Source: Candidatus Latescibacterota bacterium (lineage in GTDB: Bacteria > Latescibacterota > UBA2968 > UBA8231). Taken from it: DNA of 64,000 nt. Both the position numbers and the translations under genes were made by a program. The notes beneath the pieces were generated by a model. The model was given only the letters and a program-made list of their open reading frames with translations. It was not told where the DNA came from and did no database searches. The DNA lies in contig OZ241889.1 in the NCBI GenBank assembly GCA_965203355.1, positions 2,560,001-2,624,000 on the forward strand. Direction: 5' to 3'. Of the stretch, positions 29,190-38,622 are shown in pieces (within the stretch, counting starts at the first letter, position 1; every line of letters starts with the position of its first letter).

Positions 29190-30170
29190 ATGGAATACCG
29201 CAATTTAGGCAAGGCTGGCGTCAAGGTATCTAAGGTGTGCTTGGGCGCGGCATTTCGCGGCCAAGAGGACGAGCAGGTTTGCATTGAGGTGGTGCAGCGG
29301 GCCTTGGATTTGGGCTGCAATTTTATCGATACCGCGCTGTATGGACAGGGCCGCTCCGAACAGGTGGTGGGCAAAGCCATCAAGGGACGGCGCGAGGAGG
29401 TGGTGCTGACGACCAAAGTTTTTGGCACCTTGGGCACTAGCCCCAATCACGTGGGCCTGTCGCGGGTCAATCTGCTGCGGGGCATTGAGGCGTCGCTACA
29501 GCGGCTACAGACCGATTACGTCGATCTGTACCTGCTGCACTCCTTTGATCCGCACACGCCGCTGGAGGAGACCTTGGGGGCCCTCGACGACTTGGTGCGG
29601 CAGGGCAAGGTGCGCTATGTGGGGTGTTCTAACTTCCCGCCGTGGAAAATCGTCGAGGCCCTGTGGATTTCGCAGCGCGAGCACTTGGCTTCCTTTGCCT
29701 GTATCCAAAATCAGTACAATCTGCTCAATCGCTGGGAGATGGAACCGGAACTGATGCCCCTCTGCCGTCAGTTCGGTTTGGGCATTATGACCTACAGCCC
29801 GCTGGCCATCGGCCTGCTCTCCGGCCGCTTTCGCCGCGGGCAAGCACCGCCGCCGGGGACGCCGTGGAGCACGGACGAGTTGCGCGGCATGAGTCCGGGC
29901 AAATACAACTTTGCCGAGGCCATGACCGAGCGGGTCGATACCATCATTCAGACGCTGATCGACATTGGAGCACAGCACGGCAAGACCCCGGCGCAGGTGG
30001 CCATTGCTTGGATTTTAGATCACGACGAGATCAGTGCTCCCATTTTGGGTGCCGACGAGCCAGCGCACGTCGAAGAGATATGCGCGGGTTTGGACTGGTC
30101 TTTGGCCGCGGAAGAACGGGCTTTGTTGGACGAGGTATCCGAGGTAAAGAGGTCGCGGAAATACGCTTGA
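29190..30170 (+). CDS. Aldo/keto reductase
   Basis: [41 protein letters not shown]. Confidence 0.93.
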   Translation: MEYRNLGKAGVKVSKVCLGAAFRGQEDEQVCIEVVQRALDLGCNFIDTALYGQGRSEQVVGKAIKGRREEVVLTTKVFGTLGTSPNHVGLSRVNLLRGIEASLQRLQTDYVDLYLLHSFDPHTPLEETLGALDDLVRQGKVRYVGCSNFPPWKIVEALWISQREHLASFACIQNQYNLLNRWEMEPELMPLCRQFGLGIMTYSPLAIGLLSGRFRRGQAPPPGTPWSTDELRGMSPGKYNFAEAMTERVDTIIQTLIDIGAQHGKTPAQVAIAWILDHDEISAPILGADEPAHVEEICAGLDWSLAAEERALLDEVSEVKRSRKYA

Positions 30171-30183
30171 AGGAGGTGCGCCC

Positions 30184-31125
30184 ATGCCCCAACGCAAACT
30201 GCCCATCGGCATTCAGACCTTCCGCGAGCTCCGTGAAGAGAACTACTACTACGTCGATAAGACCGCCTACATCGGCCGGCTGCTCGACGAGGGGAAGCAC
30301 TATTTCCTGTCGCGCCCGCGGCGTTTCGGCAAGAGCCTGTTCTTGGATACGTGCAAGGAACTGTTCGAGGGCAATGAGTCGCTCTTCGCGGGACTTTACA
30401 TCCACGACCGCTGGGATTGGTCGGTTTGCCGTCCCGTCCTGCGGCTCAGCCTGTACCAGCGCCGCGTTAGTTCCCTGGAGCTCGGTGAGATGTTCGGCAG
30501 CGACGAACTGCTATCGACCTTCGACATCGATCATATCGCGACCGAGGCCCTGCTGTTCCAGACCGGCTACCTGACGATAACAGACGAGGAGGACGTTGGC
30601 GGCAGAGTCCTCTATCGCCTCGGCTATCCCAACCGGGAGGTGCGACAGAGTCTCAACGAGAGCCTGCTGCGCTACTTGGTGCAGGATTCGACGCGACAGA
30701 TGGCCAACAGCGTACGGCTCTACCGGCTGTTGGAGGCCCGCGACTTCGCCGGGCTGGAGATGCTATTCCACGCCTTTTTCGCCAGCATTCCCTATGCGTG
30801 GTACACCAACAATGACATGGCGCATTACGAGGGGTACTATGCGAGTGTATTTTACTCGTATTTCGCCGCGTTGGGGCTGGATGTTCGGGTGGAGGATAGT
30901 ACCAGTCAAGGACGGCTGGATATGGCGGTTTTATTCGACAGCACCGTCTATTTGTTCGAGTTCAAGGTGGTCGAGCTGTCGTCGGCGGGGGCGGCGTTGG
31001 GGCCGTTGAAGGAGCGGGGGTATGCGGATAAGTATCGGGGGCTGGGGCAACCTATTTACTTGATCGGCGTGGAGTTTAGCCGGGATACGCGCAATGTGGC
31101 CGGGTTTGGGGTGGAGCCAGCGTGA
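30184..31125 (+). pseudogene. AAA-ATPase-like + PD-(D/E)xK nuclease protein with an in-frame internal deletion
   Basis: [24 protein letters not shown]; no Walker B; [20 protein letters not shown]...FEFK. Confidence 0.7.
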
Positions 31126-31141
31126 AGCGCGGCCGGTGGTT

Positions 31142-31369
31142 ATGCTAAACGAGCTACGCAAAATCCGCTACGCCCGCTTCCGCTTGGAGATGACCGCGGT
31201 GAGCCGATTGAAGTTGCCCCCTTACAAGGGTTCCACCTTTAGGGGGGCCTTTGGCCATACCTTCAAACGGCTGGTTTGCGTCAAGCGCGACCTGGACTGT
31301 TCCACCTGTCTGATCAGCGATCGATGCGTGTATTACTTCAGAATGTTGACCCGATTTGTAGGGGATTGA
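31142..31369 (+). pseudogene. cas6: N-terminal fragment of a Cas6-like RAMP endoribonuclease
   Basis: LPPYKGSTFRGAFG...VC...CSTC...CVY; stops after about 75 aa. Confidence 0.7.
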
Positions 31370-31507
31370 AACTCCTTATTCGCGGCAAATCCTGGAAAGG
31401 ACAGTTGGCCCAAAGCCAACAAGCTCACTCTGAGCCTTCTACATAGGGCTATTTAGCCCTACCGCACCTAAACCTGAGCAGTTGATTCTATGAGCACGTC
31501 TCGCCAA

Positions 31508-31640
31508 GGTGGCTAGTGGAATTAGCAAAGCGAGATGTCGGCCTTGTTTGCCGAAGGCGCGACGGTCGCCTTGCAATTACCACAGATCGCCAACGACCAC
31601 CACCGCACGGGATAGCACATCAGCGTCAATGGCGGCGACC
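31508..31640 (+). pseudogene. Highly decayed SDR oxidoreductase remnant
   Basis: Fragments ASGISKA, ALFAEGATVA and TG*HISVNGG within about 130 bp. Confidence 0.35.
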
Positions 31641-31764
31641 ACACCGCGTCCTATCATTTAGAGTTAGACACCCAGTCTAACAGCTTCTATATTAGGAAGA
31701 TAGGCCCTTCTGGAATGTGGGGATCGCTTCTATTGGTCTAAACGACCTTACTTAACGAAAATCA

Positions 31765-33780
31765 ATGAAGTACTTGCTCACCGGGGGCGGCACAGGTGGC
31801 CACGTGTACCCGGCCTTGGCCATTGCCAACGAAATTCGGCAGACGAGAGCAGACGCCGAATTCCTCTACGTCGGCCACCGGGACAGGCTGGATGCGTGGG
31901 TCGTGCCCGAGCAGGGGTACCGCATCCGCTTTGTGCGTGCTCGTTCCTTCCCGCGCACTCGTTCTCTTGGGCCCCTGCTGGGATTTGCCATCGCACTCGC
32001 AGCAGGGGTCGTCCAAGGGGTGCTCATCCTCTTGTGCTACCGACCACAAATTATCATCAGCACCGGCGGCTTCGTCAGTGCGCCAGTCCTCTTTGCACAC
32101 AGTGTGCTGGCCAAGGTCGGCCTTTCCCGCGCTCGCGTCTTTATCTACGAGCCGAATGCCTATCCCGGGCTTTTGAATCGAGTTACCGGGCGGCTCGCGC
32201 AGCGAATCGGCGTGGCGTTTGAGCAGGCGGGTCGCTGGTTCGACGCAAAGAAGGTGGCCGTGGTCGGCTATCCGGTGCGCCGCTCTTTTTTGCACCTCGA
32301 CCGCACGGCCGCACGAGAAAAATTGGGCATTGACCAAGGCCGCAAGGTCGTGCTCGCCTTTGGCGGGTCAGGAGGAGCCAAGGCCATCAACGAGGCCGTG
32401 CTCGAAGCCTTGCCCCGGTGGCGTGGGGCTGGACTAGTGGTCATCCACGTCACCGGTCGCTACAAAGGGGCGGATTACGACGCCGTGGCGGATACGGAGG
32501 CCGCTTTAGCTGAAATGGGGATAGCGGGCGAAGACGACTGGTATCGACGCCTTGATTACGCGGATGAGATCGTCGAGCTGATTGCAGCGGCGGATCTGGT
32601 CATTTGCCGGGCGGGCGCAGGAACCCTCACCGAGATGGCAGTTAGTGGGACGCCCACGCTGATTGTGCCGCTGCCGACGGCGGCTGAAGACCATCAGGCA
32701 CTGAACGCACGGGAGATGGAGCGGATAGGGGCCGCACAGGTGATCTATCAGGAGGCGTTTTGGGACAAGGCCTGCATCCACAGCGGACTGGATGGCGAGA
32801 AGTTGGCGCAGCAGGTGCTCGCGTTGTGCGCCGACGAGGAGCGGTTGCAGGCCATGAGTGCGGCCGCCCAGACCATGCCCAAGACCAACAGCCTCGAACT
32901 GATTGCGGCTGAGCTGGACAACCTCATCGCCGGGCAGGAGCCGCCGCCGTTGCGATTGGAGGCGCCCCCGGGCAAAAAAAACGGCTTGCCGACTGCGCCC
33001 AATGCCTTGCTGCGCTGGGTGCAAGCGCGAGTCAAAGAGGTCGGGGGCGTGGAGGCGATGGAACGCGGCGAACTGGCCTATCTGCGCTATCAAGCCGATC
33101 GCCTGCTCACGTCTGAGGGGTGGTGCGAAATCCCGTTGGGGTGGCGCAATGTGGGCATCAAGCTGGTTGCGGTCTTGCGCTACCAAGAGCGGTTGCCCTT
33201 GCTGCTACAGATCCTCACCGACCGCACCCCGACCGGGTGGATGCACCGTCTTTGCGGCGGCGACTTTCGCCACGGAGGTATCATACGCCGCAATGTCGTC
33301 GAATACGGCCTGCGCGGCTTGGGGGCGACCGACGCGCCAACCCGGGCCGCACTGCTGTACGCACTCGTAGCCGATCCCTACTTTGAGGTGCGGGCGTGGG
33401 CGGCGCAGGCCCTCGGCGAGTTGTTTGCCGTTGATGGCGAGATCGAAGACGCGCTCTGTGCGGCCCTCGACGACCGCGCACCAGAAGTGATCGTCCAAGC
33501 CTTGGGAGCCCTCGGAAAAATAAGTCGCAATCCCGACCTGTTAGCGCGGCTGCGTCGCTTCTATCTACACGCGAACTGGCAGATCCGCGAGCAGGTCGTG
33601 CTGGTGTTGATCGAATTTTTGCAACGCGGCGTCTTGGCGCCAACTCAATTGGAGCGCGATCTCGACCAAGTTTTGGTTACGATGCCTTATTTTAAGCCGG
33701 AGTTCCCCCTCGGTACGCACCTGAGCCAATTGGCTGATCTCGTGCGGACCGGTCGGTCCTTGGCCGCTTCGCAGCGATGA
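31765..33780 (+). CDS. murG: MurG glycosyltransferase fused to a C-terminal HEAT-repeat region
   Basis: TGGGTGGHVYPALA, TGGFVSAP, YEPN, FGGSGGA, RAGAGT, DHQALNA; then DPYFEVRAWAAQALG, PEVIVQALGALG, WQIREQ. Confidence 0.85.
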   Translation: MKYLLTGGGTGGHVYPALAIANEIRQTRADAEFLYVGHRDRLDAWVVPEQGYRIRFVRARSFPRTRSLGPLLGFAIALAAGVVQGVLILLCYRPQIIISTGGFVSAPVLFAHSVLAKVGLSRARVFIYEPNAYPGLLNRVTGRLAQRIGVAFEQAGRWFDAKKVAVVGYPVRRSFLHLDRTAAREKLGIDQGRKVVLAFGGSGGAKAINEAVLEALPRWRGAGLVVIHVTGRYKGADYDAVADTEAALAEMGIAGEDDWYRRLDYADEIVELIAAADLVICRAGAGTLTEMAVSGTPTLIVPLPTAAEDHQALNAREMERIGAAQVIYQEAFWDKACIHSGLDGEKLAQQVLALCADEERLQAMSAAAQTMPKTNSLELIAAELDNLIAGQEPPPLRLEAPPGKKNGLPTAPNALLRWVQARVKEVGGVEAMERGELAYLRYQADRLLTSEGWCEIPLGWRNVGIKLVAVLRYQERLPLLLQILTDRTPTGWMHRLCGGDFRHGGIIRRNVVEYGLRGLGATDAPTRAALLYALVADPYFEVRAWAAQALGELFAVDGEIEDALCAALDDRAPEVIVQALGALGKISRNPDLLARLRRFYLHANWQIREQVVLVLIEFLQRGVLAPTQLERDLDQVLVTMPYFKPEFPLGTHLSQLADLVRTGRSLAASQR

Positions 33781-34883
33781 TCTACTACCTCGGAATCTAC
33801 CTGCAAGATGCTGTCGAAGCCTTGTCGTTTTTGCGCTTGGTCGATTCGATCTTCTTTCGCGCGCTCTGCGGCGCGATTACCTCGTTGATTTTTACCATTC
33901 TCTGCGGCGGGCGGGTCATTCTCTACTTCTACGGTCGCGGGCACCGCGACATGCCCCGCGACTATCTCCACTTTGCAGCGGCTAGCAACCAAGCCAAAAC
34001 CTACGGCGGTGGCCTAATCATCGCCGCGATCTTGCTCAGCGTTGGCTTGTGGTGCAAGCTGCACAGCCTCTTCGTGTTGTTCTGCGTGGGAGCGATTGTC
34101 TGGTTTGCCGCGCTCGGATGGATTGACGACTTGCTCAAGGTGCGCTATCGCTCTAGCGATCGCGGGCTGTCCGAAAAGGCCAAGTTGGCGCTGCAAGTAG
34201 CCTTCGGGATGCTTTTTGGCACCGCGTACATCACGCAAGCGCTCCCGGCTGAGTCGGCGGGTTTGGCGACCCAGCTTTATTTGCCCTTTTTCAAAAATCC
34301 GGTCCTCGATCTTGCGTGGGGCTACGTGCCCTTTATCGCCTTCACGGTGACGGCCATCTCCAACTCGGTCAATCTAGCCGACGGGATTGACGGCTTGGCT
34401 ATTGTGCCGACCGCTTTTGTCGTGGCTGTCTTTGGGGTGTTTGCCTATGTGTCCAGCCACGCTGAGATCGCGGAGTTCCTGATCTTTCCCTTTATGCCGG
34501 GCGTGGGGGAAGTCGCCATCATCTGCTCCATCGTATTTGGAGCCTGCCTCGGCTTTTTGTGGTTCAATTCCTATCCGGCCAACGTCATCATGGGCGATAC
34601 CGGATCCATGGCGCTAGGTGGCTTGTTGGGCACGGTCGCCGTCTTGGTCAAACAAGAGTTCCTCTTCCTAATCGTCGGGGGGATCTTCGTTGGCGAGACC
34701 TTGTCGGTGGTAATCCAGGAAAAGATCGGCATCCGGTGGTTGGGGCGGCGCTTTTTTACCCGCTCGCCGATTCACCACCACTATCAACAGCGCGGCTTGG
34801 CCGATACCAAAATCGTCATTCGCTTCTGGATCGTGGCTGGCATTTTGGCCTTGTGCGGCTTGGCGACGCTCAAGATCCGCTAA
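33777..34883 (+). CDS. mraY: Phospho-N-acetylmuramoyl-pentapeptide transferase
   Basis: GWIDD, SNSVNLADGIDGL, WFNSYPANVIMGDTGS, PIHHHY, KIVIRFWI. Confidence 0.92.
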   Translation: MIYYLGIYLQDAVEALSFLRLVDSIFFRALCGAITSLIFTILCGGRVILYFYGRGHRDMPRDYLHFAAASNQAKTYGGGLIIAAILLSVGLWCKLHSLFVLFCVGAIVWFAALGWIDDLLKVRYRSSDRGLSEKAKLALQVAFGMLFGTAYITQALPAESAGLATQLYLPFFKNPVLDLAWGYVPFIAFTVTAISNSVNLADGIDGLAIVPTAFVVAVFGVFAYVSSHAEIAEFLIFPFMPGVGEVAIICSIVFGACLGFLWFNSYPANVIMGDTGSMALGGLLGTVAVLVKQEFLFLIVGGIFVGETLSVVIQEKIGIRWLGRRFFTRSPIHHHYQQRGLADTKIVIRFWIVAGILALCGLATLKIR

Positions 34884-35349
34884 GATAGAGGCCATAGGCG
34901 CAGAGGAGGACGATGGCTGCGCCTAGCAGGAAAGCCACCGAGGTAGGAAGCGGCAGGGGCTGGCGGTGGGCCTCGCGTTGATAGCGGTCGTATTCAGCCG
35001 CCAAGATGCTGTAGCTGGAAACGAGCGTGGCGATGAGGCCCGCGATGAAGCAGATGATGACTACCGGATCGGTCGAGAAGGCACAGGCTATGCTCGCGGC
35101 ATAAGCACCGAGGTTGAACAGCAGCCGGCGCGTCTGCGTCAGCAGGCCGTAGAGTGCGAGTCCGGCGCAAAACGAGCCGACGACCAGAGCCGCGAAGATC
35201 GACCGTGCGTCGTCCGCCCCAGCGAGGGCTAAGAGGCCCATGCCAATGAGCAGGTGGAGCCACATCCCGGCATAGGCGTAGAAGAAAGACGCGCGTCTAA
35301 ACGGCGCGTGCCCCATTAGATAGTGGGCAAAAGTAGTGGACCTCGGCAT
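34870..35349 (-). CDS. Hypothetical membrane protein
   Basis: 159-aa ORF with several hydrophobic segments filling the mraY-recG gap. Confidence 0.65.
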   Translation of the reverse strand: MPRSTTFAHYLMGHAPFRRASFFYAYAGMWLHLLIGMGLLALAGADDARSIFAALVVGSFCAGLALYGLLTQTRRLLFNLGAYAASIACAFSTDPVVIICFIAGLIATLVSSYSILAAEYDRYQREAHRQPLPLPTSVAFLLGAAIVLLCAYGLYLSGS

Positions 35350-35405
35350 GGCAAGATGCGGCCAAAAATAGGCCGCGGCCCGGTCGCGTCAACGCATGGC
35401 CAACC

Positions 35406-37412
35406 ATGGAAACCCTGTCCATCCCCATTGAAAAAGTCAAAGGCGTAGGAGCCAAACGCGCGTCCGCGCTCAGAGAGGTAGAGATTCTGACGCTGGGCGA
35501 TTTGTTGTACTATCTGCCGCGTCGCTACCTCGACCGCACACAGGTTTTGCCCATGGCCCGGGCGCCAATCGGCCAAGAAGTGACCCTCATCGGCCAAGTG
35601 CGCCAGACGCGCTTCATGCCCGGGCCGCGGCCTCGCTTCGTGATGGTGGTCGCCGACGAGACCGACGATATCACCTGTACCTTTTTTCAGGGGGGGCGCT
35701 ACTTGCAGCGCAACTTTACCATCGGCGACGAGCTCGCGCTAAGCGGGAAGATCGATCTGTTCCAAGGGCGGCGGCAGATGGTGCATCCCGAATACGAATT
35801 CATCCACCGAGACGAGTCGCTCCGCCATACCGGCCGCGTCGTCCCGCTCTATACGACCAGTGCCGACATGAAGGAGCGCGGCCTGCGCAGTCGGGGATTC
35901 CGCCGCTTGATAAGCGAGGCCCTAAACGCCTTTGCCGAGCGGCTCGAAGACGATTTGCCCGCCGCCTTGCGGCAGCGCTTGGGCCTTGCCGAGTTGGGGG
36001 CTAGTCTGCGCCAAGTGCATTTTCCCGCCAGCCTCGCCCAAGCCGAGCGTGCGCGTCAGCGCTTAGCTTTTGGCGAGCTTTTTGTCTTTCAACTGCGCTT
36101 GGCGCGGCGGCGCAAAAAAAACCGCGCCCAAGCCGACGGTATTGCCTTCGCGCCGAGTGAAAAACTGGTGCCGGCCCTGTGGGATTCGCTGCCGTTTGCT
36201 CCCACCCGCGCCCAGCGTCGAGTCGCGGCCGAGATCAGCGTGCAGATGCAGCGTCCCCACGTTGTGAATCACCTCGTCCAAGGCGACGTTGGCTCAGGCA
36301 AAACCTTGGTCGGCTTGTGCGCGATGCTGACCGCCGTGGAGAACGGCTATCAAGCGGCGATGATGGCGCCGACCGAGATCCTCGCCGAGCAGCACTTTTT
36401 TAACATCCAAGCCCTTGTCGAGCCGCTCGGGCTGACGGTGGTTTTCCTCAAGGGCGGCCAGCGCAAAGCGCTTCGGCAGGAACTGTTGACGGCCATCGAA
36501 AGCGGCGCGGCCCACATTGTGGTGGGCACTCATGCGCTGATTCAGGAGCAGGTGCAGTTTGCCCGCTTGGGGCTGGCGGTCATCGACGAGCAGCACCGCT
36601 TTGGGGTCGTGCAGCGCGGTGCGCTCTACAAGAAGGGCGCGAAACCCGATTTGCTCGTGATGACGGCCACGCCCATCCCGCGGACCTTGGCGCTGACTTT
36701 GTACGGCGAGTTAGACGTGTCGATTATTGACGAACTACCGCCCGGGCGCAAGCCGATCCGCACGGCCTTGCGCGGCGCGGACCGCCGCCCGGCGATTTTT
36801 GAGTTTGCCGGCGATCAGGTGCGCCAAGGGCGGCAAGTGTACGTGGTGTACCCGCTGATCGAAGAGTCGGAAAAGGCCGATTACAAATCCGCGGTCGAAG
36901 CCTACGACGAACTGCGCCACGGCCCGTTGGCCGAATTTGCCGTAGCCCTACTGCACGGGCGCATGGCCGCCGAAGAAAAGGCCGCGGTCATGGAGGATTT
37001 TAAGCAAAATCGGGTCCAAGTCTTGGTTTGCACCACGGTCGTCGAGGTCGGCGTGGATGTGCCCAACGCCACGGTAATGATCATCGAACACGCCGAGCGA
37101 TTTGGCTTGGCCCAGTTGCACCAGTTGCGCGGCCGCGTGGGCCGCGGTGGCGAGCAGTCGTTTTGCATTCTCATCAGCCATGCCCACGCCGGGGCCGAAC
37201 TGGCCGATGCACGCGAGCGGCTCCAGACCATGGAGCGCACCCAAGACGGCTTTGAAATCGCGGAAAAGGATTTGCACCTGCGCGGCCCCGGCGAGTTCTT
37301 CGGCGTGCGCCAGGCCGGGATGCCCACCTTTAAGGCGGCGGATTTGATCGCCGACCGGGACTTGCTGCAAAGTGCGCGTGAAGAAGCCAGGCGAATTGTA
37401 GCCAGCGAATAG
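35406..37412 (+). CDS. recG: ATP-dependent DNA helicase RecG
   Basis: QGDVGSGKT, MAPTEILAEQH, IDEQHRFGV, MTATPIPRTL, QLHQLRGRVGRG. Confidence 0.97.
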   Translation: METLSIPIEKVKGVGAKRASALREVEILTLGDLLYYLPRRYLDRTQVLPMARAPIGQEVTLIGQVRQTRFMPGPRPRFVMVVADETDDITCTFFQGGRYLQRNFTIGDELALSGKIDLFQGRRQMVHPEYEFIHRDESLRHTGRVVPLYTTSADMKERGLRSRGFRRLISEALNAFAERLEDDLPAALRQRLGLAELGASLRQVHFPASLAQAERARQRLAFGELFVFQLRLARRRKKNRAQADGIAFAPSEKLVPALWDSLPFAPTRAQRRVAAEISVQMQRPHVVNHLVQGDVGSGKTLVGLCAMLTAVENGYQAAMMAPTEILAEQHFFNIQALVEPLGLTVVFLKGGQRKALRQELLTAIESGAAHIVVGTHALIQEQVQFARLGLAVIDEQHRFGVVQRGALYKKGAKPDLLVMTATPIPRTLALTLYGELDVSIIDELPPGRKPIRTALRGADRRPAIFEFAGDQVRQGRQVYVVYPLIEESEKADYKSAVEAYDELRHGPLAEFAVALLHGRMAAEEKAAVMEDFKQNRVQVLVCTTVVEVGVDVPNATVMIIEHAERFGLAQLHQLRGRVGRGGEQSFCILISHAHAGAELADARERLQTMERTQDGFEIAEKDLHLRGPGEFFGVRQAGMPTFKAADLIADRDLLQSAREEARRIVASE

Positions 37413-37420
37413 GATATGCC

Positions 37421-38551
37421 ATGAAAAGCGAAAGTCTCATTGCGCCGGCGGATTTCGTCGGGCTCGACGCGGTGACCCATCTCTGCACCGGAGGCGAAGC
37501 CCCTTGGCTAAAAGGACAGGATGCGACCTATGCGGAATTTGCTAAAGACAAAAGCGCGGGCGACCGCGGCCGGCAGGCCATCTATGCGCGCGGGGATCGC
37601 GCCCGGCAGCGCATGGGGCAGTTGTGGGGCGTTGCGGCCGAGCGGATCGCCTTTATGCCCTCGGCGGCTGAGGGCATGGCGTGGTTGGCGCGGGGTTTAG
37701 ACTGGAGGTCCGGCGACAACGTGGTCACCACCAACTTGGAATTTCCCTCGGTCGCGTACAATTGGCGCAATGCGCGCCGACAAGGGGTTGAGTTGCGGCT
37801 GGTACCACACCGCGATTGGCTGGTGCGGGAGGACGATCTTTTGGCGGCGGTCGATGCGCGCACTCGAATCGTGGCCGTGAGTCAGGTCAGCTTCTATACG
37901 GGGCAAAACCTCGATGTCGAGCAACTGGCGGCTGCGCTGGCCGGGCGCGACGTGCTCTTGGCGGTCGATGCGACTCATGCGGCGGGTGCGGTTGCGGTGC
38001 CGGCGGCTTGTACTGACTTGTGCGTCAGCTCGTGTTACAAGTGGCTCTTGGCGACGCACGGGGTGGCGCCGTGTTATTTGAGCCAGCGGGCCGAGGCGCA
38101 GGTGCGCTCTACGGCTTTTGGCTGGCGCAACTTGGCGGTGTGGCCGGCGCAAGGGGCTGTGCGCGCACCGGATGCCGACGAAAAACCGATGCCCGATAAA
38201 ATGGAGCCGGGCAATCCGGCCATGGTGGCGGTGCTCTACCTCGACTACGCCTTGGGGCGGCTATTGGAGGTGGGGATTGAGCCGATCGCGGAGCACAACC
38301 GCGACTTGTCCGAACAAATCAGTGCTGGGCTGGCGCGGCTCGGGCGGCAGGTTATTTCGCCGAGTGCGCGGCTACAGCGGTCGGGTAACACCTGTTTTGC
38401 AGACGACGATGCGCCCGGGCTGTGCGAAGCGCTCGCCGACCGCGGGGTGTTGGTGTGGGGGGAATACGGGCGAGTGCGGGTCTCGGGGCATTTGTACAAC
38501 AATAGCGACGATGTGGAGCGGTTCTTGGCGGTTTTGGGCGAGTTGGTATAG
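37421..38551 (+). CDS. Class V PLP aminotransferase (cysteine-desulfurase-like fold)
   Basis: EFPSV, VDATHAAG, SCYKWLL, RVSGHLYN. Confidence 0.85.
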   Translation: MKSESLIAPADFVGLDAVTHLCTGGEAPWLKGQDATYAEFAKDKSAGDRGRQAIYARGDRARQRMGQLWGVAAERIAFMPSAAEGMAWLARGLDWRSGDNVVTTNLEFPSVAYNWRNARRQGVELRLVPHRDWLVREDDLLAAVDARTRIVAVSQVSFYTGQNLDVEQLAAALAGRDVLLAVDATHAAGAVAVPAACTDLCVSSCYKWLLATHGVAPCYLSQRAEAQVRSTAFGWRNLAVWPAQGAVRAPDADEKPMPDKMEPGNPAMVAVLYLDYALGRLLEVGIEPIAEHNRDLSEQISAGLARLGRQVISPSARLQRSGNTCFADDDAPGLCEALADRGVLVWGEYGRVRVSGHLYNNSDDVERFLAVLGELV

Positions 38552-38622
38552 GACTGACGTGATTCAAGAGTCGCAGAGACATGGTGTTGGGACAAGGCAC
38601 TTAAAAAAGGAAAACAAAACCG

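Noticed and set aside
31370-31764. CRISPR array or leader after the cas6 fragment
   Set aside because: No repeated 25-40 bp unit seen.
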